Source: an uncultured Candidatus Saccharibacteria bacterium | GTDB taxonomy: Bacteria > Patescibacteriota > WWE3 > JAUXAW01 > CAYREW01 | Length of the DNA stretch: 61,276 nt | NCBI GenBank assembly: GCA_964451675.1 | Contig: CAYVIL010000001.1 | Coordinates: 1-61,276 of the forward strand | Direction: 5' to 3' | Part shown: positions 6,650 through 15,360 of the stretch, one piece after another | Layout of the letters: each line of letters begins with the position of its first letter | How positions within the stretch are numbered: the first letter of the stretch is position 1 | The notes under the pieces: generated by a model | Told to the model about the DNA's origin: nothing | The model's database searches: none | The model's input: the letters and a program-made list of their open reading frames with translations, nothing else | Program-made: the position numbers and the translations under genes

Positions 6650-8566
6650 TTAATCGACAATCTCGCCTTCTTCTGCATCTTGGGGAGGTTCTTGGTCACC
6701 ATTATTGCCTGTATCTTCACCTTCACCTGCTGGTGGCGTTTGGGGACCCGCAGCTTCGGGGTCTGCTGACTTGTAAAGTTCTGCACCAACCTTCTGAATT
6801 TCTTCTGACAACTCCTCAGTCTTGGACTTCAAGATACCAATATCAAGATTATCGCCTTTTTCCAGCTCTTCGCGGACTGCTTTAATTTTCTCTTCAATCG
6901 GTTTTTTTACATTATCGCCAATTTTATCTCCCGCATCTTTTAATGCTTTTTCTGCTGTGTAAGCTAGAGTCTCTGCCTGGTTGCGTGCTTCAACACGTTC
7001 TTTCTTTTTCTTATCTTCTTCCGCATGCTTTCCCGCTTCCTTTGCCATTCTCTCCGCTTCTTCCTCCGAAATACCTGTCGAACCTTTAATTGTAATCTTT
7101 TGCTCTTTGCCTGTTGCCTTGTCTTTTGCAGAAACATTTAAAATCCCGTTAGCATCAATATCAAAACTTACTTCAATCTGCGGCACACCGCGAGGAGCGG
7201 GAGGAATACCTTCCAATATAAAACGACCTAGGGACTTGTTGTCTGCCGCCATTTCCCGCTCACCCTGCAAAACATTAATTTCAACAGATGTCTGATTGTC
7301 CGCTGCAGTTGAGAAAATCTGTGATGCAGAAGTAGGAATTGTTGTGTTCCGCTCAATAAGAGGTGTTCGAACACCGCCAAGCGTCTCAATACCAAGTGTC
7401 AATGGCGTAACATCCAAGAGCAGTACATCTTTAACATCACCACCGAGTACCCCAGCCTGGATAGCAGCACCAACAGCAACAACCTCATCTGGATTCACCC
7501 CTTTGTGAGGTTCTTTACCAAAAAATTCTTGTACAGTTTCCATAATCTTCGGCATCCGCGTCTGTCCGCCAACCAAAATAACCTCATCAATATCATTTAC
7601 TGAAAGGTCAGCATCTTCAAGCGCTTTTTTGCACGGTTCAATTGACTGCTGAATCAACTCCTCTGTCAGCTGTTCCAATTTTGAACGGGTTAAAGTAGTA
7701 ACTAAATGTTTTGGACCTGTCTCATCTGCAGTAATGTAAGGAATATTTATTTCTGTTTCCATTTTTGAGGAGAGCTCAATTTTTGCTTTTTCAGAAGCGT
7801 CCCGTAGCCTCTGCATTGCCTGCTTATCCTCACTTAAGTCCATACCCTGATCCTTTTTAAATTCTTCAAGTAGCCAATCAATTATTCTTTGGTCAAAATC
7901 ATCGCCGCCTAAATGTGTATCACCATTTGTCGCGCGGACCTCATAAACACCATCACCAATTTCCAATATTGAAATATCAAAAGTACCGCCGCCAAGGTCG
8001 TAAACAGCAATTTGCTCATTCTCTTTTTTATCCAAACCGTAAGCCAAAGATGCAGCTGTCGGTTCATTAATAATCCGCAAAACTTCCAAACCAGCTATTT
8101 CACCAGCTTGCTTAGTTGCCTGACGCTGCGAATCGTCGAAGTAAGCAGGGACAGTTATTACAGCTTGTTCAACTTCGTGACCTAAAAAGTCTTCTGCATC
8201 CTGCTTACACTTCTGAAGAATCATTGCTGAAATTTCTTGGGGTGTAAAGGTTTTGCCCTCAACCTTAACCATAGCCATACCATTTTTTCCTTCCACAATT
8301 TCATAGGGCAACCATCTAATATCGTATTGGACGGATTGATCATTAAACCTTTTACCCATCAAGCGTTTTATAGAGAAAATGGTACTTTGCGGATTTACTA
8401 CTTGTGAACGCTTTGCAGGACGCCCCACAATATTTTTAACAGGATCAACCACCGAAGGAATAAGATTTTCACCTTCGGCAGAATGTATTACCTTCGGCTG
8501 CCCCCCTTCCATCACAGCCACGCAGCTATTTGTCGTTCCCAAATCAATACCAATTATTTTAGACAT
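6650..8566 (-). CDS. dnaK: Molecular chaperone DnaK (Hsp70)
   Basis: [18 protein letters not shown] and [11 protein letters not shown] are present, together with a full substrate-binding domain and an acidic C-terminal tail. Confidence 0.97.
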   Translation of the reverse strand: MSKIIGIDLGTTNSCVAVMEGGQPKVIHSAEGENLIPSVVDPVKNIVGRPAKRSQVVNPQSTIFSIKRLMGKRFNDQSVQYDIRWLPYEIVEGKNGMAMVKVEGKTFTPQEISAMILQKCKQDAEDFLGHEVEQAVITVPAYFDDSQRQATKQAGEIAGLEVLRIINEPTAASLAYGLDKKENEQIAVYDLGGGTFDISILEIGDGVYEVRATNGDTHLGGDDFDQRIIDWLLEEFKKDQGMDLSEDKQAMQRLRDASEKAKIELSSKMETEINIPYITADETGPKHLVTTLTRSKLEQLTEELIQQSIEPCKKALEDADLSVNDIDEVILVGGQTRMPKIMETVQEFFGKEPHKGVNPDEVVAVGAAIQAGVLGGDVKDVLLLDVTPLTLGIETLGGVRTPLIERNTTIPTSASQIFSTAADNQTSVEINVLQGEREMAADNKSLGRFILEGIPPAPRGVPQIEVSFDIDANGILNVSAKDKATGKEQKITIKGSTGISEEEAERMAKEAGKHAEEDKKKKERVEARNQAETLAYTAEKALKDAGDKIGDNVKKPIEEKIKAVREELEKGDNLDIGILKSKTEELSEEIQKVGAELYKSADPEAAGPQTPPAGEGEDTGNNGDQEPPQDAEEGEIVD

Positions 8567-8696
8567 AAGTTTAAATTACCAATCCTCCTGTTTGATTAAC
8601 ACACCCATTATTCAATACACAAACACCAAAAGTAAAGCACACCAGACAACAACCTCTAAATACTGCTCATTAGTACTCTTTACAATAAACAAGTTA

Positions 8697-9134
8697 CTAT
8701 TTTACTTTAACTTTTGCTGGCCGTAGAACCTTGTCTCCCAACATATAGCCTTTTTCAACTACTTCCGTCACTTTTTCATCACCGCCAGGCTCTTGTTCCT
8801 CCTCAACTCCCTCCATCTTAATAGGGTTAAAGTCCTTCCCCAAAGCGTCAATCTCTGTAACACCTTCTGACTGTAGCACTTTGCGGAACTTCTTTACAAT
8901 ATTCGTAACACCACCATCAACTCCGGATGCAACCGCTCTTTCTAAATCATCGAGAAGCGGAAGAACTTTCAACAAAATAACCTCATTCGCATACTTAGCA
9001 AAATCAGCGCGTTCCTTTTTAACCCTTCTTTCAAGATTACGGTAGTCAGCAACTGCCCGTTTCCAACTGTTCTCCAATTCCTGCACACGGTCTTCCAACT
9101 TATTGATCTGGTCATTTAACTCTTGTTCAGTCAT
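8697..9134 (-). CDS. grpE: Nucleotide exchange factor GrpE (short, 145 aa)
   Basis: Coiled-coil N-terminus with ADYRNLERRVKKE, and C-terminal GYMLGDKVLRPAKVKV. It lies between hrcA and dnaK. Confidence 0.85.
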   Translation of the reverse strand: MTEQELNDQINKLEDRVQELENSWKRAVADYRNLERRVKKERADFAKYANEVILLKVLPLLDDLERAVASGVDGGVTNIVKKFRKVLQSEGVTEIDALGKDFNPIKMEGVEEEQEPGGDEKVTEVVEKGYMLGDKVLRPAKVKVK

Positions 9135-9143
9135 AAAAAATGA

Positions 9144-9173
9144 TTAGCCCTAGCAAGTCAAGCTCAGTGCTAA
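9144..9173. promoter_or_regulatory. Degenerate CIRCE-like inverted repeat upstream of grpE
   Basis: TTAGCCCTA-N12-CAGTGCTAA compared with the consensus TTAGCACTC-N9-GAGTGCTAA. The half-sites match 7/9 and 8/9, but the spacer is 12 nt rather than 9. Confidence 0.3.
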
Positions 9174-9181
9174 TCTATATG

Positions 9182-9907
9182 TTACCAAGCGCGTCCTATT
9201 TCGTTCAGTAAGTTTCCTACGTAACGTGCTAAAGGAATAACTTTACGGTACGGCAGCCTACTCGGCCCTACTACAGAAATGCGCCCCTCTCTCTTACCAA
9301 CCTCAAAAGGAGAAGAAACAATCGAACAGGTTGCTAAACCAGGAAAACCAATTTCGTCACCTATCAGCACGTGAACCTCTTTATCGCCAATCGCCTTACT
9401 AAAAATTTCTTGGAACACTTCAGGACGGTCCAAGAGTGACAGAACAGCTCTAGTAACGTCAATATCAAAAAACTCAGGATGATCAAGAATGTTAGCTGCA
9501 CCCGCGGACGTTAAAATCCCGTCTTTAGTAACAACCACACCTAAAACATTACTACCCTCGGCTAAAGCTAATGATGCATTACGTAGCAACCTCTCCAACT
9601 CAAAGCGATCTTGCCACAAACGTTGCTTTATAGCAACCTCTTCTAAAACAGGTAATTCTTTTTCCTCCATTAAAGAGTTTATATAGTGACGGTAAGCCAT
9701 AGGGGTTGGCTCTCTTCCAGCAGAAGCGTGGGGTTTTTCCAAAAGCCCTTTCCTGGAAAGCTCCACCATCTCATTACGAATAGTAGCGGAGGAAACGTCA
9801 GACAAATACTGATCAACAATCTTTTTGGAACTAACCGGCTCCGGGCTTTCCCCATATTCCTCAATAATTGCTTTCAATAGAGCTGTTTGGCGCTGAGTAA
9901 GATCCAT
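9182..9907 (-). CDS. hrcA: Heat-inducible transcription repressor HrcA (short, 241 aa)
   Basis: LTQRQTALLKAIIEEYGESPEPVSSKKI...SSATIRNEMVELSRKGLLEKPHASAGREPT is the typical HrcA winged-helix N-terminus. Confidence 0.85.
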   Translation of the reverse strand: MDLTQRQTALLKAIIEEYGESPEPVSSKKIVDQYLSDVSSATIRNEMVELSRKGLLEKPHASAGREPTPMAYRHYINSLMEEKELPVLEEVAIKQRLWQDRFELERLLRNASLALAEGSNVLGVVVTKDGILTSAGAANILDHPEFFDIDVTRAVLSLLDRPEVFQEIFSKAIGDKEVHVLIGDEIGFPGLATCSIVSSPFEVGKREGRISVVGPSRLPYRKVIPLARYVGNLLNEIGRAW

Positions 9908-9920
9908 AATCTTACTTAGC

Positions 9921-9950
9921 AGTATATAACCATATTTGCCAGAAAGTCAA
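9921..9950 (-). promoter_or_regulatory. Candidate hrcA-grpE-dnaK promoter: TTGACT (9950..9945) and TATACT (9926..9921)
   Basis: Read on the minus strand with an 18-nt spacer. A 13-nt gap without SD precedes ATG 9907. The promoter is divergent from the uvrD-like promoter. Confidence 0.5.
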
Positions 9951-9972
9951 GGATTGATTTTGGTTGTTAAAA

Positions 9973-9981
9973 TGCTAGTAT
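9973..9981 (+). promoter_or_regulatory. Extended -10 (TGcTAGTAT) 8 nt upstream of ATG 9990
   Basis: Read directly. TTGATT lies 16 nt upstream as a possible -35. There is no SD. Confidence 0.5.
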
Positions 9982-9989
9982 AAATCCCG

Positions 9990-11807
9990 ATGCCCAACAA
10001 AAAATCTTCTATTTTAGGTAAACTAAACCCTCAGCAGGAGGGGGCTGTGCAACACACCAACGGCGCCTCCCTAATAGTTGCAGGACCAGGATCTGGCAAA
10101 ACCCGCGCGCTAACTCATAAAGCTGCGTACCTCGTCTGCGAAAAAAACGTAAACCCGCAAAATATCCTGCTAGTTACATTTACAAACAAAGCCGCAGAAG
10201 AAATGAAAAAAAGAATAAAAAAACTTCTTGCTGAAACAAATCCCCAAATCAGACACATTTCTTGGGCAGGAACTTTCCACTCCATTGGCGCACGGATTTT
10301 ACGCCAACACGGTAAGGAAATAGGTATAAGATCCGACTTTGTCATCTACGATACCAACGATAGTAAAACAACCATTAAAAAAGTAATTAAAAATGAAGGC
10401 TTAGACAGCGAAAAAATAAAAGCTCGTTCCGTAATGTACACTATTTCTGAAGCAAAAAGGGAGCTTATAAACGCTACCGAATATAGCAAAAAGGCTTACG
10501 GATACTATCAAGAACTAACCGCTCAAATATATAGAGGTTACGAATCATTGCTTCAGCAATCAAACGCTTTAGATTTTGGCGATCTACTCTTTATGCCTGT
10601 GCGTCTTTTAGAAGAATCCCCAAGCACATTGCAACAATACCAGGAGAAATTCAATTACATTTTAGTAGATGAATACCAGGATACAAACAGCGCCCAATAT
10701 ATGATGCTGAAACTTCTGGCTGCTAAAAACAACAATATTACTGTAGTTGGCGATCCCGGACAATCAATTTACGGGTTTAGAGGAGCAAACTTCAAAAACA
10801 TACTAAACTTTACACAAGACTATCCAAACGCAAAAACTTTTCGCCTAGAACAGAACTACCGATCGACACAATCCATTGTTAAAGCTGCACAAAACGTTAT
10901 TTCTAACAACAGACACAATATTGACTTAAATTTATGGACAAACAACTCAGAAGGAACACAGATAAAATATTACGAGGCATACAGCGAAACTGACGAGGCC
11001 GACTACATACTAAAAGAAATTATCAAAAAAGCAAGAGAAAAATCCCAACAGTCCCTAAGTGATTTTGCCATACTTTATCGCACCAATGCTCAATCGCGTG
11101 CTTTGGAAGAGTGCTTTGTCCAATCAGGCCTGCCTTACCGTCTGGTTGGGGGCACCCGTTTCTACGAAAGAAGGGAGATTAAAGATGTATTGGCTTTGCT
11201 TAGAGTTATTCTCAGCCCCAATGATTTTGCCAGTTGGGAGCGAATAGAAAAATGGGGAAAAACAAAAATGAAAAAGTACAAGAAAGATCTAAATCGAAAA
11301 CCAGACATAGTAAATAGCAACCCATTAAAAATCTTGGACTGGATATTAGAAAAAACTAGCTATCTGGATTACTGGGAAAATAAAGGCGAGGAAGAATATT
11401 ACCGATTAGAAAACGTAAAAGAACTAAGAACTGTTGCTGCCCGCTTCGATTCTCTAATTGATTTTCTAGAAAATGTAGCTTTAGTAGACTACTCTAACGA
11501 CTACTCCAAAAAGGAAGCTCCTAACGCTGTAACTTTAATGACCCTGCACTCGGCTAAGGGTTTGGAATTTCCAGTAGTATTCATAGTTGGGTTGGAGGAG
11601 GGGTTGTTACCTCATGCTAAATCTCTTAAAGAAGCCGGGGGCATAGAGGAAGAGCGCCGTCTGTGTTATGTTGGCATGACCCGAGCAAAAAAAGAACTTC
11701 ACTTAACAAAAGCGCAAAAGCGGTTCTACTTTGGATCCCACCAGTACAATCCAACATCTCGATTTATAGAAGAAATACCGAACAGTCTTCTTAGGTGGTA
11801 TACTTAA
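9990..11807 (+). CDS. UvrD/PcrA/Rep-family superfamily-1 DNA helicase (605 aa)
   Basis: AGPGSGKT (Walker A), VDEYQDTN, GDPGQSIYGFRGA, QNYRS, TLHSAKGLEF and YVGMTRAK are all present. Confidence 0.9.
   Translation: MPNKKSSILGKLNPQQEGAVQHTNGASLIVAGPGSGKTRALTHKAAYLVCEKNVNPQNILLVTFTNKAAEEMKKRIKKLLAETNPQIRHISWAGTFHSIGARILRQHGKEIGIRSDFVIYDTNDSKTTIKKVIKNEGLDSEKIKARSVMYTISEAKRELINATEYSKKAYGYYQELTAQIYRGYESLLQQSNALDFGDLLFMPVRLLEESPSTLQQYQEKFNYILVDEYQDTNSAQYMMLKLLAAKNNNITVVGDPGQSIYGFRGANFKNILNFTQDYPNAKTFRLEQNYRSTQSIVKAAQNVISNNRHNIDLNLWTNNSEGTQIKYYEAYSETDEADYILKEIIKKAREKSQQSLSDFAILYRTNAQSRALEECFVQSGLPYRLVGGTRFYERREIKDVLALLRVILSPNDFASWERIEKWGKTKMKKYKKDLNRKPDIVNSNPLKILDWILEKTSYLDYWENKGEEEYYRLENVKELRTVAARFDSLIDFLENVALVDYSNDYSKKEAPNAVTLMTLHSAKGLEFPVVFIVGLEEGLLPHAKSLKEAGGIEEERRLCYVGMTRAKKELHLTKAQKRFYFGSHQYNPTSRFIEEIPNSLLRWYT
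11796..11804 (+). promoter_or_regulatory. Extended -10 (TGgTATACT) 10 nt upstream of ATG 11815, inside the 3' end of the helicase gene
   Basis: Read directly; no SD. Confidence 0.45.
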
Positions 11808-11814
11808 TAGCAGT

Positions 11815-12528
11815 ATGGAAAGAGTCGTTGCTCTCAGCCTTTTAGCAGTTACATCTATAGGAAACGTTTTGCCAGTAGCAGCGGAAACAAGCATATCCGA
11901 ACCAAAAGCTACACTTAAACAGGTAGATTATGTTACTGCTAAACCTATTCTGGAAACCAACACACGCTTTGGAACAAAAGATACTCAAACAGTTACCACC
12001 ATTCCTTTCGAACAAGAAATTATTGAAGATAATGAATTAGAATACGGCAAAGAAATAATTGAGCGCGAAGGAACAAATGGACAAGTAATCAAGCATTTCC
12101 AAATAACTTATTGGGATGGTAAAGAAGTTGAGAGAAAATTGACAAAAACAGAAAAAATACCGCCAACAAACGAAACAATCCGCCGTGGTACCAAAGATGT
12201 ATGGCACCTGTACAACACCCCGGAACAAGGGCGTGTCAGCTACTGGGCTAAACTAGAAAATGTTTGGGCTACATCTTACGATGGTAATTGCGTAGGTTGT
12301 CGCGGGCTGACCTACAGCGGAACCAAAGTTACCAAAGGTGTCTGCGCTGTGGATCCGAATCTGATACCTTTAGGCACTAACATATACATTCCAGGCTATG
12401 GTTTCTGCCGTGCGGAAGATATCGGAGGTGGTATAAAAGGGCACAGAATTGATCTTGGATTTGAAAATGTTGCCAACGGGTCCTGGTCAGCTAGGTACAC
12501 AAATGTTTACCTATTAACCAAACCATAA
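11815..12528 (+). CDS. Secreted G5-domain plus 3D-domain (MltA/RlpA-like barrel) cell-wall protein
   Basis: A signal peptide is followed by G5-like REGTNGQVIKHFQITYWDGKEVERKL...IRRGTK. The C-terminus GTKVTKGVCAVDPNLIPLGTNIYIPGYGFCRAEDIGGGIKGHRIDLGF is a 3D domain. Confidence 0.75.
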   Translation: MERVVALSLLAVTSIGNVLPVAAETSISEPKATLKQVDYVTAKPILETNTRFGTKDTQTVTTIPFEQEIIEDNELEYGKEIIEREGTNGQVIKHFQITYWDGKEVERKLTKTEKIPPTNETIRRGTKDVWHLYNTPEQGRVSYWAKLENVWATSYDGNCVGCRGLTYSGTKVTKGVCAVDPNLIPLGTNIYIPGYGFCRAEDIGGGIKGHRIDLGFENVANGSWSARYTNVYLLTKP

Positions 12529-12634
12529 AATCGCGAATTTAAAAAGCCGTAGCTTTGAATAAAGCCTAAACGCCGGAGCATAACTAGTCTAATTTTCAAA
12601 CTGTGGGCTTAAAATTTGAAACCAATTCTAGATC

Positions 12635-13618
12635 ATGTCTAACAACAATAATTTGCTAACTAATTACTTAACCAGCCCGCACATCTGCCAATCTGAAGCC
12701 TGGGGCGAGTTTAAAACAAGAATGGGAAACAGAGCATTAAGAGCAGGAAAAGCTCAATTTACCCTTCATAACGTCCCATTATCACCATACAGAATAGGAT
12801 ATTCACCTAGACCTAACATCAAGGAAATAGATTGGGAAGCGCTTTTTAAAAAGGGGAAGACCAATAATTGTTTATATATAAAACTAGATGTACCTCAGTG
12901 CCTTAAAGCCAGAGAAATTTTCAAATCCGCTGGAAAACACGCAAACAGATGCAGAAGATCCGACCCTGTTTTTGCAGATGAAACTATACTGATGGATTTA
13001 ACAGGCAGCGAAGACGAATTAATGAACAATACAAAAGAAAAAACCCGTTATAACATACGCCAAGCTTGGAAACAGGGAGTAATAATCGAAGAAAAAGACG
13101 ATAGAGATTCGCTTGAAACCTTTATTGATCTACAAAAAAAAACAGCCAAACGCCAGGGGTTCTATGTTCACCCGGATGACTACTACCGCACACTTTGGGA
13201 TGTATTGAAACCGCAAGGAATGCTCCATCTACTAATTGCAAAATTACCAACCGACTCTATTATTGCATCAATTATATTATTTAGATACAAAAGAGTACTT
13301 TACTATCCTTATGGAGCTTCTGACTACCAGTACCGTAGCTTTATGCCTAACAACCTAATTATGTGGGAAGCAATAAAATTAGGAAAAAGACACAAGTGCG
13401 AAATCTTTGATATGTGGGGAGCAACATCAGACAAGAAAAACGACTGGTGGGGCTTTACAAGATTTAAGTTGGGCTTTGGAGGCGAGATAGTAAGTCTGCC
13501 TAAAACTTACGATTTCGTGCTTCAACCAGCCCTTTATCCAGCTATAGTAGCAGCAAATAGAGCCCGTTGGGTCTGGCTACGGTTGCAATCCAAACTAGCA
13601 AGTAAATCGGAAGAATAA
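12635..13618 (+). CDS. FemAB-family peptidoglycan interpeptide-bridge aminoacyltransferase
   Basis: QSEAWGEFK, KTRYNIRQAWKQGV, YYPYGASD and MPNNLIMWEAIKLGKRHKCEIFDMWG are present. Confidence 0.75.
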   Translation: MSNNNNLLTNYLTSPHICQSEAWGEFKTRMGNRALRAGKAQFTLHNVPLSPYRIGYSPRPNIKEIDWEALFKKGKTNNCLYIKLDVPQCLKAREIFKSAGKHANRCRRSDPVFADETILMDLTGSEDELMNNTKEKTRYNIRQAWKQGVIIEEKDDRDSLETFIDLQKKTAKRQGFYVHPDDYYRTLWDVLKPQGMLHLLIAKLPTDSIIASIILFRYKRVLYYPYGASDYQYRSFMPNNLIMWEAIKLGKRHKCEIFDMWGATSDKKNDWWGFTRFKLGFGGEIVSLPKTYDFVLQPALYPAIVAANRARWVWLRLQSKLASKSEE

Positions 13619-13622
13619 AGCA

Positions 13623-14489
13623 ATGTTGAAGCACACCCCTCTCCGCCAAAGCACTGCCTGGGCAAATTTCCTGCAAAAGCAAGGGTGGAATATTAAAAAG
13701 GAAAAGTCGGAAAGCGGAAATGTTTTAATATTTGTGAGGAAACTCCCCTTTTTTGGATCCGTAATAAAAGTGCAAAGGCAAAAAAATCCGCTTCCGATAA
13801 ACACTATAGAGAAAATCGCAAAAGAAAATAAGGCTGTCCGAATTATAGTAGAGCCCTACAAAAACTTTGGGCAAGAAAAAGAGTTATACACAAGAGGTTA
13901 CAGCATAAGTACTGAACCATTATTACCACCTAAAACTACCTTGATTGATCTAACACAGAACGAGGATGAAATTTTGTCCCAAATGCACTATTCAGGCCGC
14001 CGCGGGATACGTAATGCTAAAAAGAAAGGGGTTGACATCCGAAAAGAAGAGATTACAGACAAAAACTTAAAATTATTATCCCAGACACTTGGGAATACAG
14101 CAAAAAGGGGAAATTTTAAAGCTATAAAATTCCAAACACTTAAAGAGAAAGCAGCAGCCTTCGGAAACGATGCTAATCTATTCATTGCGTACAAAAATAG
14201 CAATTTCTTAGGCGCTGTCCTAGCTTTATCCGCAGAAGAAACACTTCACTACCATCATGCAGCTACATCCAAACTGGGAAGACAAACCAGCGCAGCCTAC
14301 TTGTTAGTATGGAAAGCAATGCTCTGGGGGAAAAAAAATAACTTCGCCACATTTGACTTCGGAGGAATAGCTGATTCTAGGTTCCCACACACTAAAAGCT
14401 GGGAGGGCTTTACAGAATTCAAAAACAAATTCGGTGGTAAAAAAACCGAATGGCCTGCACCACTGATAAAATGGCGCCTCCCTTTCTAG
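13623..14489 (+). CDS. FemAB-family aminoacyltransferase, tandem paralogue
   Basis: RQSTAWANFLQKQGW, GRRGIRNAKKKGV, HYHHAATS and AAYLLVWKAMLWGKKNNFATFDFGG are present. It starts 4 nt after the previous gene. Confidence 0.7.
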   Translation: MLKHTPLRQSTAWANFLQKQGWNIKKEKSESGNVLIFVRKLPFFGSVIKVQRQKNPLPINTIEKIAKENKAVRIIVEPYKNFGQEKELYTRGYSISTEPLLPPKTTLIDLTQNEDEILSQMHYSGRRGIRNAKKKGVDIRKEEITDKNLKLLSQTLGNTAKRGNFKAIKFQTLKEKAAAFGNDANLFIAYKNSNFLGAVLALSAEETLHYHHAATSKLGRQTSAAYLLVWKAMLWGKKNNFATFDFGGIADSRFPHTKSWEGFTEFKNKFGGKKTEWPAPLIKWRLPF

Positions 14490-14616
14490 ACTAGACTGTA
14501 AACTTACACCTCTCTAAACACTACAAATTTTGCAATACAAACACATCTGTTAAAAAATACCAACCAATTGTCTGACTAACTTGACGTAGACCAAAATTTA
14601 CAGCAAAATAAAATAG

Positions 14617-15321
14617 ATGGAAGAAGAAACAAATAACCTTCAAGAAGAAATAGAAAACTCTTTGGGCCAACTTGAGAACAAGCCAGCAACCTCGAGTAGA
14701 TCAACCAGCCAGAATACAAACGAAAAGGCAGAAAAAATAGATAGGGGAGAGGAGCAAGCGTCACAAAGCTCTATGCCAGATCACAAAGACGACAAAAAGG
14801 ATCCCTTAGAACGGATTAGAAACAAAGAAAAATCCAAAACCGACACGGGAAAGCAAAAAACCCAGAAAACAGAAAAATCACCAGTGGAAGCAAAAGAAGA
14901 AAATAAGGAGGTTAGAGAGATAAAGAAAAAGCTAGAGAAAGCAGCAAAAAAAAATGCACAACGAGCACAATCCCCTACCGCGGAAGAAAAAATAGTTAAA
15001 GCGGAAAAGGAGAAAATCAACTTTGCAGAAAAAAGCAGCAAGGAGAAGGGCATTGAATGGCGACCAATAATTATTGCTGGAGTCGCAGGTATTCTTATTA
15101 TTGGTGGTGCTCTTTTCTATAATTTTGTTATTGCGAAGCAAAAATCAAACAGTATTGGACCTAGCAAATCAACTCCACAAGGCAATGGGGGAAATCAACA
15201 ACAACATCTACCTGACAGCCCGCCATACATACCAGAAAGAGAACCTGCAACAGGGACACCATCGGGGTCCCCTTCCGGTGAGTCTAACAGCTCCCCCTTC
15301 AGCCCTCTAATCCAACAATAA
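14617..15321 (+). CDS. Lys/Glu-rich protein with one TM helix and a Pro/Ser/Gly-rich tail
   Basis: Long ORF with low-complexity composition and a single hydrophobic segment (IIIAGVAGILIIGGALFYNFVI). No motif, and the start is uncertain. Confidence 0.4.
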   Translation: MEEETNNLQEEIENSLGQLENKPATSSRSTSQNTNEKAEKIDRGEEQASQSSMPDHKDDKKDPLERIRNKEKSKTDTGKQKTQKTEKSPVEAKEENKEVREIKKKLEKAAKKNAQRAQSPTAEEKIVKAEKEKINFAEKSSKEKGIEWRPIIIAGVAGILIIGGALFYNFVIAKQKSNSIGPSKSTPQGNGGNQQQHLPDSPPYIPEREPATGTPSGSPSGESNSSPFSPLIQQ

Positions 15322-15360
15322 GCAACTAAAACAACCCAAGCCATCTGTCTACTTCCCTAA

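Noticed and set aside
6981-8726. Plus-strand ORFs of 70-115 aa (6981..7295, 7296..7508, 8379..8726) antisense to dnaK. Similar antisense ORFs overlap gap, the LCP gene, alaS, pnp, rnj, ftsK, the helicases and others.
   Set aside because: The opposite strand encodes full-length, motif-complete proteins in each case. The antisense ORFs have low-complexity or Ser/Cys/Phe-rich translations and no start signals. They are frame shadows.
9908-9989. A canonical CIRCE operator upstream of hrcA.
   Set aside because: Only one half-site-like element (TTAGCAGTA / ACTGCTAA) is present. The expected partner 9 nt away matches the consensus at 4 of 9 positions.
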